Origin: Polyangiaceae bacterium
GTDB lineage: Bacteria; Myxococcota_A; Polyangia; Polyangiales; Polyangiaceae
Direction: 5' to 3'
Assembly: GCA_044376115.1 (NCBI GenBank)
Contig: JBILLK010000006.1
Location: 160,001-224,000 of the forward strand
DNA length: 64,000 nt
The notes under the pieces are model-generated. The model did not search any database. It was given only the letters and a program-made list of their open reading frames with translations, and had not been told where the DNA came from. The translations under genes and the position numbers were made by a program. This document shows positions 10,236 to 20,634 of the stretch, in pieces; the stretch's first letter is position 1; each line of letters begins with the position of its first letter.

Positions 10236-10265
10236 TAACCGCACCCAATCCCCACGGATGCCCCT

Positions 10266-10715
10266 ATGTTCAGAGGTCACTTCGAGCACGCGATCGACGA
10301 GAAAGGCCGAACCAGCCTTCCTGCGCGTTTTCGCGAGGTGCTTGGACCCAACCCGGACTACCGGCTGGTGGTAACGCCGGCGCTGGGGGACCCCTGTTTG
10401 GACGTCTACCCGATGGCTGCGTGGGAGAAGCTCGAGTCGAAGCTGGCGGAGCTCAACGCCTTCGACCCCCAGGTGGTGGAGTTCCGACGTTTCTACGTCT
10501 CGGCCGCCGTCGAGGTGGAGATCGACAAACAGGGGCGCATTCTGGTCCCGCCCTCACTGCGCGAGCACGCCTCCCTCAACAAGTCGGCGATGTGGCTTGG
10601 CCACGGTCAGAAGGCCGAGCTTTGGGCAAAGGAGAACTGGTTGACGCTGGCGCGGGAGAAGAACCCCGCCGATCTCCGAGAACTACGGGCTGCCATGGGG
10701 AAGCTGGGCTTGTGA
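10266..10715 (+). CDS. mraZ: Division/cell wall cluster transcriptional repressor MraZ
   Basis: MFRGHFEHAIDEKGR and a second DKQGRI repeat; first gene of the dcw cluster. Confidence 0.97.
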   Translation: MFRGHFEHAIDEKGRTSLPARFREVLGPNPDYRLVVTPALGDPCLDVYPMAAWEKLESKLAELNAFDPQVVEFRRFYVSAAVEVEIDKQGRILVPPSLREHASLNKSAMWLGHGQKAELWAKENWLTLAREKNPADLRELRAAMGKLGL

Positions 10716-10734
10716 GCCGGCGAAGGGGGCGAGT

Positions 10735-11691
10735 GTGAACGTTGTCAACGTGGTGCCGATGCCGATGAGAGTTTTTCCAGAAGAAGAGTCGGAGTCCGTT
10801 GCGCATGTCTCCGTCCTCCTCAATGAGTCGGTGGACGCGCTCGCGCCTCGCGCGGGAGGCCTTTACGTGGACGCGACGCTCGGTGCCGGCGGACACTCCG
10901 AGGCTTTGCTGCAGCAGGGCGCGACCGTGATCGGGATCGATCGGGACGAGGTAGCGCTCGCCCTGGCGCGTGAACGCCTTTCTTCCTTCGGTGAGCGCTT
11001 CGTAGCGCTTCACGGCGCCTTCAGCGATCTTGGCGCCCTACTCGAGCGGCAGTCGGTTCAGCGGGTCGATGGGATTCTCGCGGACGTGGGCGTAAGTTCG
11101 ATGCAGCTCGACGAGAGTGACCGCGGTCTCTCCTTCCGTCGCGAGGGCCCGCTCGACATGCGCATGGATCGCGGGTCGGGGGAGACGGCGCTCGAGTTGA
11201 TCGCTCGCCTCGGCGACGACGATCTAGCCAACCTGATCTATCGCTTCGGTGAGGAACGACGCAGCCGTCGCATTGCTCGCTGCATCAAACAGGCTTACTC
11301 CGCCGGGGAGCTCGCCACCACGCTGGACCTGCGCCGCGCCATCGTGCGCGCCGTTGGTCCCGCCCGTGTTGGCGGTGTGGACCCTGCAACGCGAACTTTT
11401 CAGGCGCTCCGTATCGCCGTAAACGGCGAGCTCGATGAGCTCACGGCGCTCCTTTCTGCAGCGCGATCGTTGCTCGTGGATGGCGGTGTGATGGCGGTGA
11501 TCTCCTTCCACTCGCTGGAGGATCGCATCGTCAAACGCGAGTTCCAGGACCGCGACGTATGGGCGCCGCTCACCAAGAAGCCGTTGCCTCCTAGCGAAGC
11601 CGAGCAAGCGGCGAATCCGCGAGCGCGCAGCGCGAAGTTGCGGGCAGCGCGCCGGCTCGGGAAGTCGAGCCTCGAGGAGATGTTCTCTTGA
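10735..11691 (+). CDS. rsmH: 16S rRNA m4C1402 methyltransferase
   Basis: Motifs HVSVLL, DATLGAGGHS, GVSSMQLD, PLDMRM, ISFHSLEDR and NPRARSAKLR. Confidence 0.97.
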   Translation: MNVVNVVPMPMRVFPEEESESVAHVSVLLNESVDALAPRAGGLYVDATLGAGGHSEALLQQGATVIGIDRDEVALALARERLSSFGERFVALHGAFSDLGALLERQSVQRVDGILADVGVSSMQLDESDRGLSFRREGPLDMRMDRGSGETALELIARLGDDDLANLIYRFGEERRSRRIARCIKQAYSAGELATTLDLRRAIVRAVGPARVGGVDPATRTFQALRIAVNGELDELTALLSAARSLLVDGGVMAVISFHSLEDRIVKREFQDRDVWAPLTKKPLPPSEAEQAANPRARSAKLRAARRLGKSSLEEMFS

Positions 11692-12026
11692 AGCAGCGAC
11701 CGTTCCTCGCCCTGTGGACCTTGGCCGTGTTCGCCACGGTGGTGGCGTTCGTGTTGCACCTTGGCTTGCGCGGTAAGACCGTGGACCTTGGCTACAAGCT
11801 CGGCAAAGCCCGCAAAGAGCAAGCTCGTTTGCGTGAGATGAAGCGCGTGCTTTCGCTCGAAGAGACCAGTTATCGCACGCCCGAGCGCGTCGAACGCGTC
11901 GCGCGCAACCTCCTAGGGATGAGCCCGCCACCGCCCGAGCGAGTGATCGTGCTCTCGAACGCGCCGGTCCCTGCCTCCCGACTGAAGCTCCGGGCCGAAA
12001 CCGGTGAAAGCGGAGAGTCACCGTGA
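11688..12026 (+). CDS. ftsL: Cell division protein FtsL
   Basis: Short TM plus coiled coil ending in ERVERVARNLLGM; lies between rsmH and ftsI. Confidence 0.85.
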   Translation: MKQRPFLALWTLAVFATVVAFVLHLGLRGKTVDLGYKLGKARKEQARLREMKRVLSLEETSYRTPERVERVARNLLGMSPPPPERVIVLSNAPVPASRLKLRAETGESGESP

Positions 12027-14104
12027 GGAATCTGCGGCCCGAACGCGCTCGCTGGATCAAAGTCCGCATGGCGGTCCTGTGCGGACTGATGGGACTTGGG
12101 CTCGGCTTCGTCGTTTCTGGGGCCGACCGCATCCAGAACCGTGATGGCGCGCAGTGGCTCGAAGTCGCTGAGCGGCAACGTCAGCGTCGCCTGCACATCG
12201 AGCCCAAACGAGGCACCATCTTCGATCGCAACGGCGTTCCGCTCGCGGAGAGCGTCGAGGTGCCCAGCATCTCGATGGATGCCGTCGAAATGCTCCGCGG
12301 CATCGAGGAGCAATACGTTCCGCAGCGCATCGACCAATACGCCGAGCGCATCGCTACCGCGCTCCACCTTCCGATCGAAGACGTGCGCGAGAAGATCGCA
12401 CGCCGGCGCCGCTTCGCTTGGCTCAAGCGTCGCGTCTCGGAGGAAGAAGTCACGGCCATGAAGGCGCTCTCTTCAAACGATCAGCGCTACCCCATTCGCG
12501 GCCTCGCGGTAGAGGGAGAAGGACGCCGCTTCTATCCCAACAAGGAGCTGGCAGCGCCGCTCTTGGGCTTCGTCGCGCCAGACGGCAACGGCCGCGAGGG
12601 CATCGAGCTTTCGCTCAACGAGGAGCTGAAGGGCAAGCCCGCCGAGGTGCACGGCCTGCGCGATCGCTCGGGTCGCCTGCTCTTCAGTGAAGGACTCGAG
12701 AACGAGCAGGCGCTCGCTGGTCACAACATCTACCTGACGATCGACCGCGCTATTCAGTTCGCCGCTGAACGCGAGCTCGACGCGGCGCTGCGTACCTATG
12801 AGGCGCGCGGCGGCTCGGTGGTCGTGATCGATCCTCGCACCGGCGAGATTCTGGCGATGGCCAGCGGCCCTGGCTACAACCCCAACGACTACTCCGGCGC
12901 GGAGCCCGAGAATCGCCGCAATCGCGCCGTCGTCGATCGCTTCGAGCCCGGCTCGACGATGAAGATCTTCACGGTCGCTACCGCCCTCGCGCAGCGCAGC
13001 ATCAACGCGACCGAGCCCATCTACTGCGAAGACGGGCACATGCCGATCGACAACATCGTCATCCACGATACCCACGTGCACAAGTGGCTGACGCCGACCC
13101 AGATCCTGCAGGTCAGCTCCAACATCGGCAGCGCCAAGATCGGACTCGGTCTCGGACAACAGCGTCTGTACGAGGGGTTGCGACGCTTCGGTTTTGGCGA
13201 ATCGCCGGGTCTGCCTCTCCCCGGTCAGTCGATCGGCGTGCTTCGCCCTCGGGATCGTCCGTGGGTGCAGGTCGAGACGGCCAGCGCAAGCTTCGGACAG
13301 GGCATCAGCGTGACCGCGATGCAGCTCGCAGGAGCTGTCGCCGCGGTCGGCAACCGCGGGCAGCTACTCGAGCCTTTGCTGGTGAAGCGCGTCACCGACT
13401 CGACCGGCGTCGTGCTCGATGAGCCCAAGGCCCGCGTACGAAGGGCCACGACCTCGCCTGCGGTCGCGAAGATGCTTTTGGAGATGCTGGTTTCGGTCAC
13501 CGAAGGTGAAGGCACCGGCGTCGAGGCGAGCGTCTCGGGCTTCCGCGTTGCCGGCAAAACGGCGACCGCTCAGAAGATCGATCCCGAGACCGGGCGCTAC
13601 ACCGACACCCACTACGTGGCTTCGTTCGTTGGTCTCATCCCTGCCGAGCGACCGCGGCTCGCAATCGTCGTCATGATCGACGAGCCCCTCGCTGGTACCT
13701 ACGCCGGTGGTTCGGTAGCTGCGCCGGTGTTTCGGCGAGTCGCCGAGATGGCGCTGTCCTACTTGGGTGTTACTCCCGACGTTCGCAATGAAAAGGGCAT
13801 CAGCGAAGCCACCGAGCTAGCCAAGAACGGTGACCCTACGGCCGAGGCCTTCAAGGTCATTGGTCAGACGGAGGAGGCCGACGATACCGCGCCCAAGGCG
13901 CCCCAGCGCAAACCCAAGGCCGGCGAGGTGTTGGTGCCCGATCTTTCTGGCTATCCAGCAAGAGAGGCCATCCAGCGTGCGCTGGCTATCGGTTTGGTAC
14001 CGTCGCTCGATGGCTCCGGTCGGGTGTTGCGCACCGAGCCTCCCGCATCGGAAGTCGTCAAAGCGGGAACGAGAATCCTCATTACGCTCGAGCCGCCCAC
14101 GTGA
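12023..14104 (+). CDS. ftsI: Class B PBP FtsI/PBP3 with C-terminal PASTA
   Basis: Motifs RGTIFDRNG, EPGSTMK (SxxK), SSN and KTA(T), plus a C-terminal PASTA-like segment. Confidence 0.95.
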   Translation: MRNLRPERARWIKVRMAVLCGLMGLGLGFVVSGADRIQNRDGAQWLEVAERQRQRRLHIEPKRGTIFDRNGVPLAESVEVPSISMDAVEMLRGIEEQYVPQRIDQYAERIATALHLPIEDVREKIARRRRFAWLKRRVSEEEVTAMKALSSNDQRYPIRGLAVEGEGRRFYPNKELAAPLLGFVAPDGNGREGIELSLNEELKGKPAEVHGLRDRSGRLLFSEGLENEQALAGHNIYLTIDRAIQFAAERELDAALRTYEARGGSVVVIDPRTGEILAMASGPGYNPNDYSGAEPENRRNRAVVDRFEPGSTMKIFTVATALAQRSINATEPIYCEDGHMPIDNIVIHDTHVHKWLTPTQILQVSSNIGSAKIGLGLGQQRLYEGLRRFGFGESPGLPLPGQSIGVLRPRDRPWVQVETASASFGQGISVTAMQLAGAVAAVGNRGQLLEPLLVKRVTDSTGVVLDEPKARVRRATTSPAVAKMLLEMLVSVTEGEGTGVEASVSGFRVAGKTATAQKIDPETGRYTDTHYVASFVGLIPAERPRLAIVVMIDEPLAGTYAGGSVAAPVFRRVAEMALSYLGVTPDVRNEKGISEATELAKNGDPTAEAFKVIGQTEEADDTAPKAPQRKPKAGEVLVPDLSGYPAREAIQRALAIGLVPSLDGSGRVLRTEPPASEVVKAGTRILITLEPPT

Positions 14105-15660
14105 GCGACGTCCACGTGAAGCCAGGGCCGGTGTCCACTCCACCGCCAGCGATCCGCCTCTGCGACATCATCGCAGAGATCCCCGGTGCCACTCTGGCGC
14201 CGGGCTTCGCTTACGCGGCACGCTCTGTCGTTACCGGTGTTCATCATGATTCTCGCCAGGTTGCGCCCGGGGACGTGTTCGTCGCGCGCGACGGTGAGAA
14301 GGTCAGCGGCGTCCAATTCATACCGCAAGCCGTTGAGCGAGGCGCGCTAGCGGTGATTGTCAAAGCCGGTACCAAGGTCGATGCCCAAGGCGCCGCCGTT
14401 ATCTATGTAGATGACGTCGCGCTCGCGCTCGCCTTGGCGTCTGCGGCTGTCTATGGCCATCCCACGTTTGGTCTCGAGGTGATCGGCATCACCGGCACCA
14501 ACGGCAAAACCACCACCTTGCACTTACTGCGCAATCTGCTGGAGGAGGCCGGCTTCAGGCCCGGGACCGTTGGTACGCTGGGCATCTCCTTTGATTCGCA
14601 ATCACGCCCATCCGCCTTCACCAGCCCCGAAGCGGATGAGCTGGCACGTATCGCGCGCGCCATGCGTGATCGAAGCGCCTCTCACTTGATTATGGAGGTT
14701 AGCAGCATTGCGCTGGTAGCTAAACGCTGTGACGCCATTCGCTTTCGAGTCGCTGTCTTTACTAATCTGACGCAGGACCACCTCGACTACCACGGTTCAA
14801 TGGAGAACTACGCGGCCGCCAAAGCGAGGTTGTTCGAGGAGTTCGCGCCCGGAGCAGCAGTGCTCAATATCGATGACGCCTTCGGCCGGGAGCTCACGGG
14901 GCGGGTCGCCCAAGGGACTTCGGTAAGAACCTATTCAACGAAGGACGCCAAGGCCGACGTATTTGCGAGCTCCCTTGGCATGTCCAGTCAAGGCCTCCGA
15001 ATGGTGGTTGAGTCGAGAGGGGAGTCGCTCGTGATCGAGACTCCGCTTCTTGGCGCACATAACGCAGAGAACCTGCTGGCCGCAGCTTCCGTTGCCTTGG
15101 AACTCGGTATCCCAACGCGCACGATCGAGTCAGCGTTGTCACGGCCAATCGTCGTCGCGGGTCGGCTCGAGCGTTGCGACGATCCGAAGCTCGATGACGT
15201 GTCTGTGGTGGTCGACTACGCGCACACCCCAGACGCTTTGCAGAGGGCGCTATCGAGCTTGAGGCCCTTCGCTACCGCCGGTCTAATCTGCGTGTTTGGC
15301 TGTGGCGGCGACCGTGACAAAGCCAAGCGCCCACTGATGGGTAGGGTGGTTGCCGAGCTCGCCGACCACGGTATTCTAACCAACGACAATCCACGTAGTG
15401 AGCGCCCCGAGGACATCGCCGAGGCCGTGCTACCAGGGCTCTCAGTCGGTCCCGCGAAGTATCGAGTTCTACTCGATCGCCGCAGCGCCATTCGCGAGGC
15501 CGTGCTCTCGGCACCGCCTGGCGCCGTCGTGCTACTCGCAGGTAAAGGCCATGAGCCATATCAGATTATCGGTAGTGAGACGCTGCCGTTTGACGACCGG
15601 ATTGAGGCTCGCGCGGCCCTCGCCGAACGACGACAAGAACGGCAGGGACAGCGCCCTTGA
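14101..15660 (+). CDS. murE: UDP-MurNAc-dipeptide:meso-DAP ligase
   Basis: Motifs GITGTNGKTT, TNLTQDHLDYH, DYAHTPD, DNPR (mDAP-type) and AGKGHE. Confidence 0.96.
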   Translation: MSDVHVKPGPVSTPPPAIRLCDIIAEIPGATLAPGFAYAARSVVTGVHHDSRQVAPGDVFVARDGEKVSGVQFIPQAVERGALAVIVKAGTKVDAQGAAVIYVDDVALALALASAAVYGHPTFGLEVIGITGTNGKTTTLHLLRNLLEEAGFRPGTVGTLGISFDSQSRPSAFTSPEADELARIARAMRDRSASHLIMEVSSIALVAKRCDAIRFRVAVFTNLTQDHLDYHGSMENYAAAKARLFEEFAPGAAVLNIDDAFGRELTGRVAQGTSVRTYSTKDAKADVFASSLGMSSQGLRMVVESRGESLVIETPLLGAHNAENLLAAASVALELGIPTRTIESALSRPIVVAGRLERCDDPKLDDVSVVVDYAHTPDALQRALSSLRPFATAGLICVFGCGGDRDKAKRPLMGRVVAELADHGILTNDNPRSERPEDIAEAVLPGLSVGPAKYRVLLDRRSAIREAVLSAPPGAVVLLAGKGHEPYQIIGSETLPFDDRIEARAALAERRQERQGQRP

Positions 15661-16787
15661 TTTACGAACTATTTTATCCGCTCAAGCACCACTACTCGTG
15701 GCTCAAGTGGCTTAACGTTCTACGTTACGTCCCCTTCCGCACGATCATGGCGACGATCACGGCCATGCTCATCACGTTTGTGCTCGCGCCCTGGTTCATT
15801 CGCGAGCTGCGCCGCAAACAGATTGGGCAGGTGGTGCGCAAGGAAGGTCCCGAATCTCACTTAGTCAAGGCTGGAACGCCGACGATGGGTGGCGCGCTGA
15901 TCCTCCTCTCGTTGCTCGTTCCTACTGTGCTTTGGGCCGATCTTCGCAACCCGTTTGTCTTGGCCACGACTGCGGTCACTGCAGGGTATGGTTTGATCGG
16001 CTATCTCGACGACTATCTGAAGTTGAAGCGCAAGAACAGCGGCGGTCTGGCCGGCCGTTACAAGCTCGTGGGCCAAGGTCTGATTGGCGGAGCTGCGATC
16101 GGCTACACCTTCTTGCTCGATGAGCGCATGCCCGCCGATTGGAACGGCATCAAGACGCAGCTCAGCTTGCCTTTCGTCGCCTTCAGTAAGTTCTCGTTGA
16201 CTCTGCCGATAGGCGTCTACGTCGTCTTCGCCATTCTGGTGGTGATGTGGACCTCCAACGCCGTCAACCTCACTGACGGTTTGGACGGCCTCGCGATTGG
16301 TCCCGTGATGATCAACGCAGGTACCTACTTGATTTGGGCCTATGTGGCAGGCGCAACGATCGCCAAATTGTCTTTGGCCGACTATCTCGACATTCCGAAG
16401 ATCGCCTCTGCCGGCGAGCTGTCGGTCTATTGCGGCTCGGTGATTGGCGCTGGCATAGGTTTCCTTTGGTACAACACCTATCCAGCCCAGGTCTTCATGG
16501 GAGACGTCGGCTCGTTGGCTCTTGGTGGCGGCCTCGGCATGCTCGCCATCTTCACCAAGAATGAACTCTTGAGCGTGCTGCTCGGAGGCATTTTCTTCAT
16601 CGAGGGGCTCTCGGTCATTACGCAGGTCGTTTCCTTCAAACTCACTGGAAAGCGCGTGTTTCTGATGGCGCCGATTCACCACCACTATGAAAAGAAGGGG
16701 TGGGCGGAGCCAAAGATCATTGTCAGATTCTGGATTATTTCTGTGCTTTTGGCATTGGTGAGTCTGGCTTCCATGAAGCTTCGGTGA
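15657..16787 (+). CDS. mraY: Phospho-MurNAc-pentapeptide transferase
   Basis: Motifs KAGTPTMGG, NAVNLTDGLDGLA, FMGDVGS and MAPIHHHYE. Confidence 0.97.
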   Translation: MIYELFYPLKHHYSWLKWLNVLRYVPFRTIMATITAMLITFVLAPWFIRELRRKQIGQVVRKEGPESHLVKAGTPTMGGALILLSLLVPTVLWADLRNPFVLATTAVTAGYGLIGYLDDYLKLKRKNSGGLAGRYKLVGQGLIGGAAIGYTFLLDERMPADWNGIKTQLSLPFVAFSKFSLTLPIGVYVVFAILVVMWTSNAVNLTDGLDGLAIGPVMINAGTYLIWAYVAGATIAKLSLADYLDIPKIASAGELSVYCGSVIGAGIGFLWYNTYPAQVFMGDVGSLALGGGLGMLAIFTKNELLSVLLGGIFFIEGLSVITQVVSFKLTGKRVFLMAPIHHHYEKKGWAEPKIIVRFWIISVLLALVSLASMKLR

Positions 16788-16790
16788 ACC

Positions 16791-18116
16791 ATGCGAGATG
16801 CGCAGTCCATAAGTGGCGGAAAAGCTAAGGAGCTTCCGCGGAATCGGCCCAAGCCTCGGGAGGATGCTCCTGCGGCTAAGCTGCCCGCGTTGCCGCAACC
16901 CATTGCGGAGCTCTTGCACTCGAGCCCGGATGGCCCGGTTGATTCGGTATTGGCCGCGATCGTAATTGCCTTGATCGGCTTTGGCGTGGTGATGGTCTAT
17001 TCGTCGAGTGCCGTCGACGCGACCACCCGGTTTCATGACGGGCAGTTCTACTTGAAGCGGCAAGCGGTCTACGCAGTGATGGCGCTTATCGCCCTTTGGG
17101 TTGCGAGCCGCCTCGATTTTAGGCGATTGAAGGTACTGACGTACCCGGTACTTGTTTCAGTTGCCGGTATGCTCACTCTGACGATTACCGGCTTTGGTCA
17201 CCGAGCAGGTAACGCCAATCGTTGGCTCAATCTCGGGCCAGTACATATTCAACCCTCTGAGTTAGCGAAGCTTGCTATAGTGATGTGGCTGGCCTATTCG
17301 CTTTCAAAGAAGGCAGATCAGATCAGGTCTTTTGCAGTCGGATTCCTCCCGCATCTGTTCGTTTGTGGCGTGTTCATGCTGTTGTGTCTGAAGCAGCCAG
17401 ACTTCGGCAGCGCAGTCGTCCTCCTCTTCCTTACCTTTACAATGCTCTTCGTTGCGGGCGCGCGAGTCCCGTATATCGCGGCGTTCACAATGCTGATGGG
17501 CCTCGGCGCGGCCGCCGCGGTGCGATTTTCCAGCTATCGTTATGCCAGGTATGTCTCCTGGATTGATATGGAGTCACACCGCGACGGTCTCGCCTATCAG
17601 CCTTTTCAATCGGTCATGAGCTTCGGCTCGGGTGGAACGTACGGGCTTGGTCTCGGCAGAGGCCTTCAAGTCCTCTACCTGCCAGAAGCCCACACTGACT
17701 TTATCAGCGCGATCATTGGTGAAGAGCTCGGCTTCATCGGTATCTTGGTAATCGCAGGGGCCTACCTGACGATCGTCGCGCGTGGGGTAAAGATCGCCTT
17801 CCAAGCTGCTGACGACTACGGCAGCTTCCTCGCGTTTGGGATCTCTACGCTGTTCGGCGTTCAAGCCTTGGTAAACCTGTGCGTCGCTATGGCGATCTTG
17901 CCCACCAAGGGCCTCACGCTTCCATTCATAAGTTACGGCGGCTCTTCATTGCTCGTGAACGCCGCAGCTGTCGGTGTACTGCTCAGCATTTCGCGACCGC
18001 GTCGTAAGAAGGAGCTGCCGGCTCCAGCAAAGTCCCAATCCGATGCTGAAGTCCTCGCGCCTAGCGCAACGGGAGTCGTGCTCTCGGAGGCTGATCAGAA
18101 GGAGGCTGGGTGGTGA
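16791..18116 (+). CDS. ftsW: SEDS peptidoglycan polymerase FtsW
   Basis: Motifs QPSELAK, QPDFG, LPEAHTDFI, GEELG and PFISYGGSS. Confidence 0.96.
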   Translation: MRDAQSISGGKAKELPRNRPKPREDAPAAKLPALPQPIAELLHSSPDGPVDSVLAAIVIALIGFGVVMVYSSSAVDATTRFHDGQFYLKRQAVYAVMALIALWVASRLDFRRLKVLTYPVLVSVAGMLTLTITGFGHRAGNANRWLNLGPVHIQPSELAKLAIVMWLAYSLSKKADQIRSFAVGFLPHLFVCGVFMLLCLKQPDFGSAVVLLFLTFTMLFVAGARVPYIAAFTMLMGLGAAAAVRFSSYRYARYVSWIDMESHRDGLAYQPFQSVMSFGSGGTYGLGLGRGLQVLYLPEAHTDFISAIIGEELGFIGILVIAGAYLTIVARGVKIAFQAADDYGSFLAFGISTLFGVQALVNLCVAMAILPTKGLTLPFISYGGSSLLVNAAAVGVLLSISRPRRKKELPAPAKSQSDAEVLAPSATGVVLSEADQKEAGW

Positions 18117-19207
18117 CAGTGCTTATTGCCGGTGGCGGAACCGGCGGGCATGTCTTTCCAATGGTGGCCGTGGGACAAGCGCTAGCGCGCTTGTCGCCCG
18201 ATAGTCGTGTATTTTACGTGGGTACGCCACGCGGGATGGAGAGCCGGCTCCTTGGCTCCTTGGGACTGGACTTGGAGCTGCTCGATGTCGCGCCGCTGCG
18301 AGGTGGGGGGCTGGTCGGAGTCGCAACCGGTGTGGCCAAAGCAACTGCCTCGCTCAAGACGAGTCGGGACTTGCTTCGACGGCGGAAGCCTGACGTGGTC
18401 TTGTCGGTCGGCGGCTATGCCGGTGGGCCGGTAGCTCTGGCTGCGCGAATGCTCGGCGTGCCGCTCGCGATCCTCGAGCCCAATAGTGTGTTTGGGTTTA
18501 CCAACCGTGTGCTCGCTCCCTTGGCAAAGCGCGTCTTCTTCGCGTTCGGCAATCTCGATAAGAAGCTGAAGTCAGGGGTCGCACTTCGTTCGGGCGTACC
18601 CCTGCGGGACAATTTTCAGCAGTCGCCGTACGAGCCCCAAGCAGGGCGGTTTCACGTCGCGGTGTTCGGTGGTAGCCAGGGCGCGAAGGCGCTCAACGAG
18701 CTCCTTCCGCGCGCTTTTGCCAAGTTGCTCGAGGACGTTCCGTTCGCCACGATCCTGCACCAATGCGGCCGCGGCCGCCTCGAGGAGACGTTGGCGCGCT
18801 ATCGCGAGGCGCAAGTACCCGCAGAGAGATTTCAGGTCGTTGAGTTTGTCTCGAATATGGCGGCGGAGCTTTCGCGCGCGGATGTGGTGCTACAGCGCAG
18901 TGGAGCTGGCGCGCTCGCCGAGCTCTGTCTCGTCGGTCGCGCGAGTATCCTGGTCCCCTTTCCCTTTGCCGTGGATGACCATCAATTGCGCAACGCCGAG
19001 GCGCTGTCCTCGGCGGGGGCCGCGTTGCTCATCGAGCAGCAGCACGCTAGCGAAGCGAAGCTTGCGCGCACGCTTTGTACCCTAGCGTACGACCCAGCGG
19101 CTCGGCTCCGTATGGCGCAGCGGGCCGCTTCGCTCGCGGCGCCGAACGCAGCGGAGACGGTTGCGCAAGGTCTCTTGTCTTTGGCCCATTCTCGTTCAGG
19201 CGTTTAG
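18113..19207 (+). CDS. murG: Lipid II GlcNAc transferase
   Basis: Motifs GGGTGGHVFP, GGY, GGSQGA and DDHQLRNA. Confidence 0.96.
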   Translation: MTVLIAGGGTGGHVFPMVAVGQALARLSPDSRVFYVGTPRGMESRLLGSLGLDLELLDVAPLRGGGLVGVATGVAKATASLKTSRDLLRRRKPDVVLSVGGYAGGPVALAARMLGVPLAILEPNSVFGFTNRVLAPLAKRVFFAFGNLDKKLKSGVALRSGVPLRDNFQQSPYEPQAGRFHVAVFGGSQGAKALNELLPRAFAKLLEDVPFATILHQCGRGRLEETLARYREAQVPAERFQVVEFVSNMAAELSRADVVLQRSGAGALAELCLVGRASILVPFPFAVDDHQLRNAEALSSAGAALLIEQQHASEAKLARTLCTLAYDPAARLRMAQRAASLAAPNAAETVAQGLLSLAHSRSGV

Positions 19208-19215
19208 GAGTTTTC

Positions 19216-20634
19216 ATGTTTCGAGGTCGCGTCAGGCACATACACTTCGTCGGCGTCGGTGGCGTCGGCATGAGCGGTCTCGCCGAGATCCTGAGAAGCT
19301 TGAGCTTCGACGTGTCGGGCTCCGACCTCAAAGAGTCCACGACCACGACACGCCTCACCGGCATTGGCGTGCGTATCGACGTGGGCCATCGCGGAGCGAA
19401 CGTTGGTGGCGCCGACGTAGTGGTCTATTCGAGTGCCATCCGCGAGGACAATCCGGAGCTGGTCGAGGCGCGCGCACTCGGTATTCCGGTGATTGGTCGA
19501 GCGGAGATGCTCGCGGAGCTGATGCGGCTCAAGTACGGCGTGGCCGTCGCTGGCTCTCACGGAAAGACCACCACGACCTCGCTCGTCGCTACCGTGATGC
19601 GCTCCGCAGGGCTCGATCCGACGGTGGTCGTAGGCGGGAAGATGGCTGCGCTAGGCTCCAACGCCAGGCTGGGTGCCGGCGACCTGCTGGTCGCCGAGGC
19701 CGACGAGAGCGATGGTTCGTTTCTGCGATTGACGCCGACGATCGCCATCGTCACCAACATCGACCCGGAGCATTTGGACCATTACGGCTCACTCGCAAAG
19801 CTCAAGGATGCCTTCGTCGAGTTCGCGGCTGGCGTGCCTTTCTACGGGCTGTCCGTGCTTTGTCTCGATCACCCTCAAGTGCAGGATATCCTGCCGCGGA
19901 TCCAGCGACGTCACGTCACCTACGGGCTCAATCCACAAGCCGACTACTGCGCGCGTGCCATTCAATTCCGCGGGCTGGAGACAAGCTTTAATGCGTATCG
20001 ACGCGGGCACTCCTTGGGCGGTTTTACAGTCAAGATGCCCGGTGTTCACAACGTCCTCAACTGCCTCGCGACGATCGCCGTAGCGGATGAGTTGGAGGTC
20101 CCGCTCGACGTAACCAAGCAGGCGCTATCAACCTTTGGCGGCGTGGCGCGTCGCTTCACGGTGGTCGGTAAAGCTCAAGGGCGCACCTTGATCGATGATT
20201 ACGGGCATCACCCGGCGGAGATCCGCGCGACCCTCGAGGCCGCTCGTCGAGCGTTTCCCGGGGAGGAGCATCGCATCGTGGTCGCGTTCCAGCCGCATCG
20301 GTACTCGCGCACGAAGGACCTATTCGAGGATTTCTCGCGCGCCTTCAATGAGGCCGACATCTTGGTCGTTACCGAGATCTACGCAGCAGGCGAGGCGCCG
20401 ATCGACGGCGTCAGCTCCGAGCGTTTGGTGCAATCGATTCGCGAACACGGGCACCACGCGACCCACCACGTCCGCGACAAGCTCCGCTTGCCCGAGGTAC
20501 TGGAAGGCCTGACCCGCGATGGCGACGTGGTGATCTCGTTGGGCGCCGGCGACATCAACGCTTGCTTGCCCGCCCTCAAGGCTCGACTCGAGGGCGTGGT
20601 TCAGAAAACCGCCAACAAAGATTCGGCGAGCTGA
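19216..20634 (+). CDS. murC: UDP-MurNAc:L-alanine ligase
   Basis: AGGAG RBS before MFRGRVRHIHFVGVGGVGMSG; motifs GSHGKTTT, EADESD, DDYGHHP and FQPHRY. Confidence 0.97.
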   Translation: MFRGRVRHIHFVGVGGVGMSGLAEILRSLSFDVSGSDLKESTTTTRLTGIGVRIDVGHRGANVGGADVVVYSSAIREDNPELVEARALGIPVIGRAEMLAELMRLKYGVAVAGSHGKTTTTSLVATVMRSAGLDPTVVVGGKMAALGSNARLGAGDLLVAEADESDGSFLRLTPTIAIVTNIDPEHLDHYGSLAKLKDAFVEFAAGVPFYGLSVLCLDHPQVQDILPRIQRRHVTYGLNPQADYCARAIQFRGLETSFNAYRRGHSLGGFTVKMPGVHNVLNCLATIAVADELEVPLDVTKQALSTFGGVARRFTVVGKAQGRTLIDDYGHHPAEIRATLEAARRAFPGEEHRIVVAFQPHRYSRTKDLFEDFSRAFNEADILVVTEIYAAGEAPIDGVSSERLVQSIREHGHHATHHVRDKLRLPEVLEGLTRDGDVVISLGAGDINACLPALKARLEGVVQKTANKDSAS

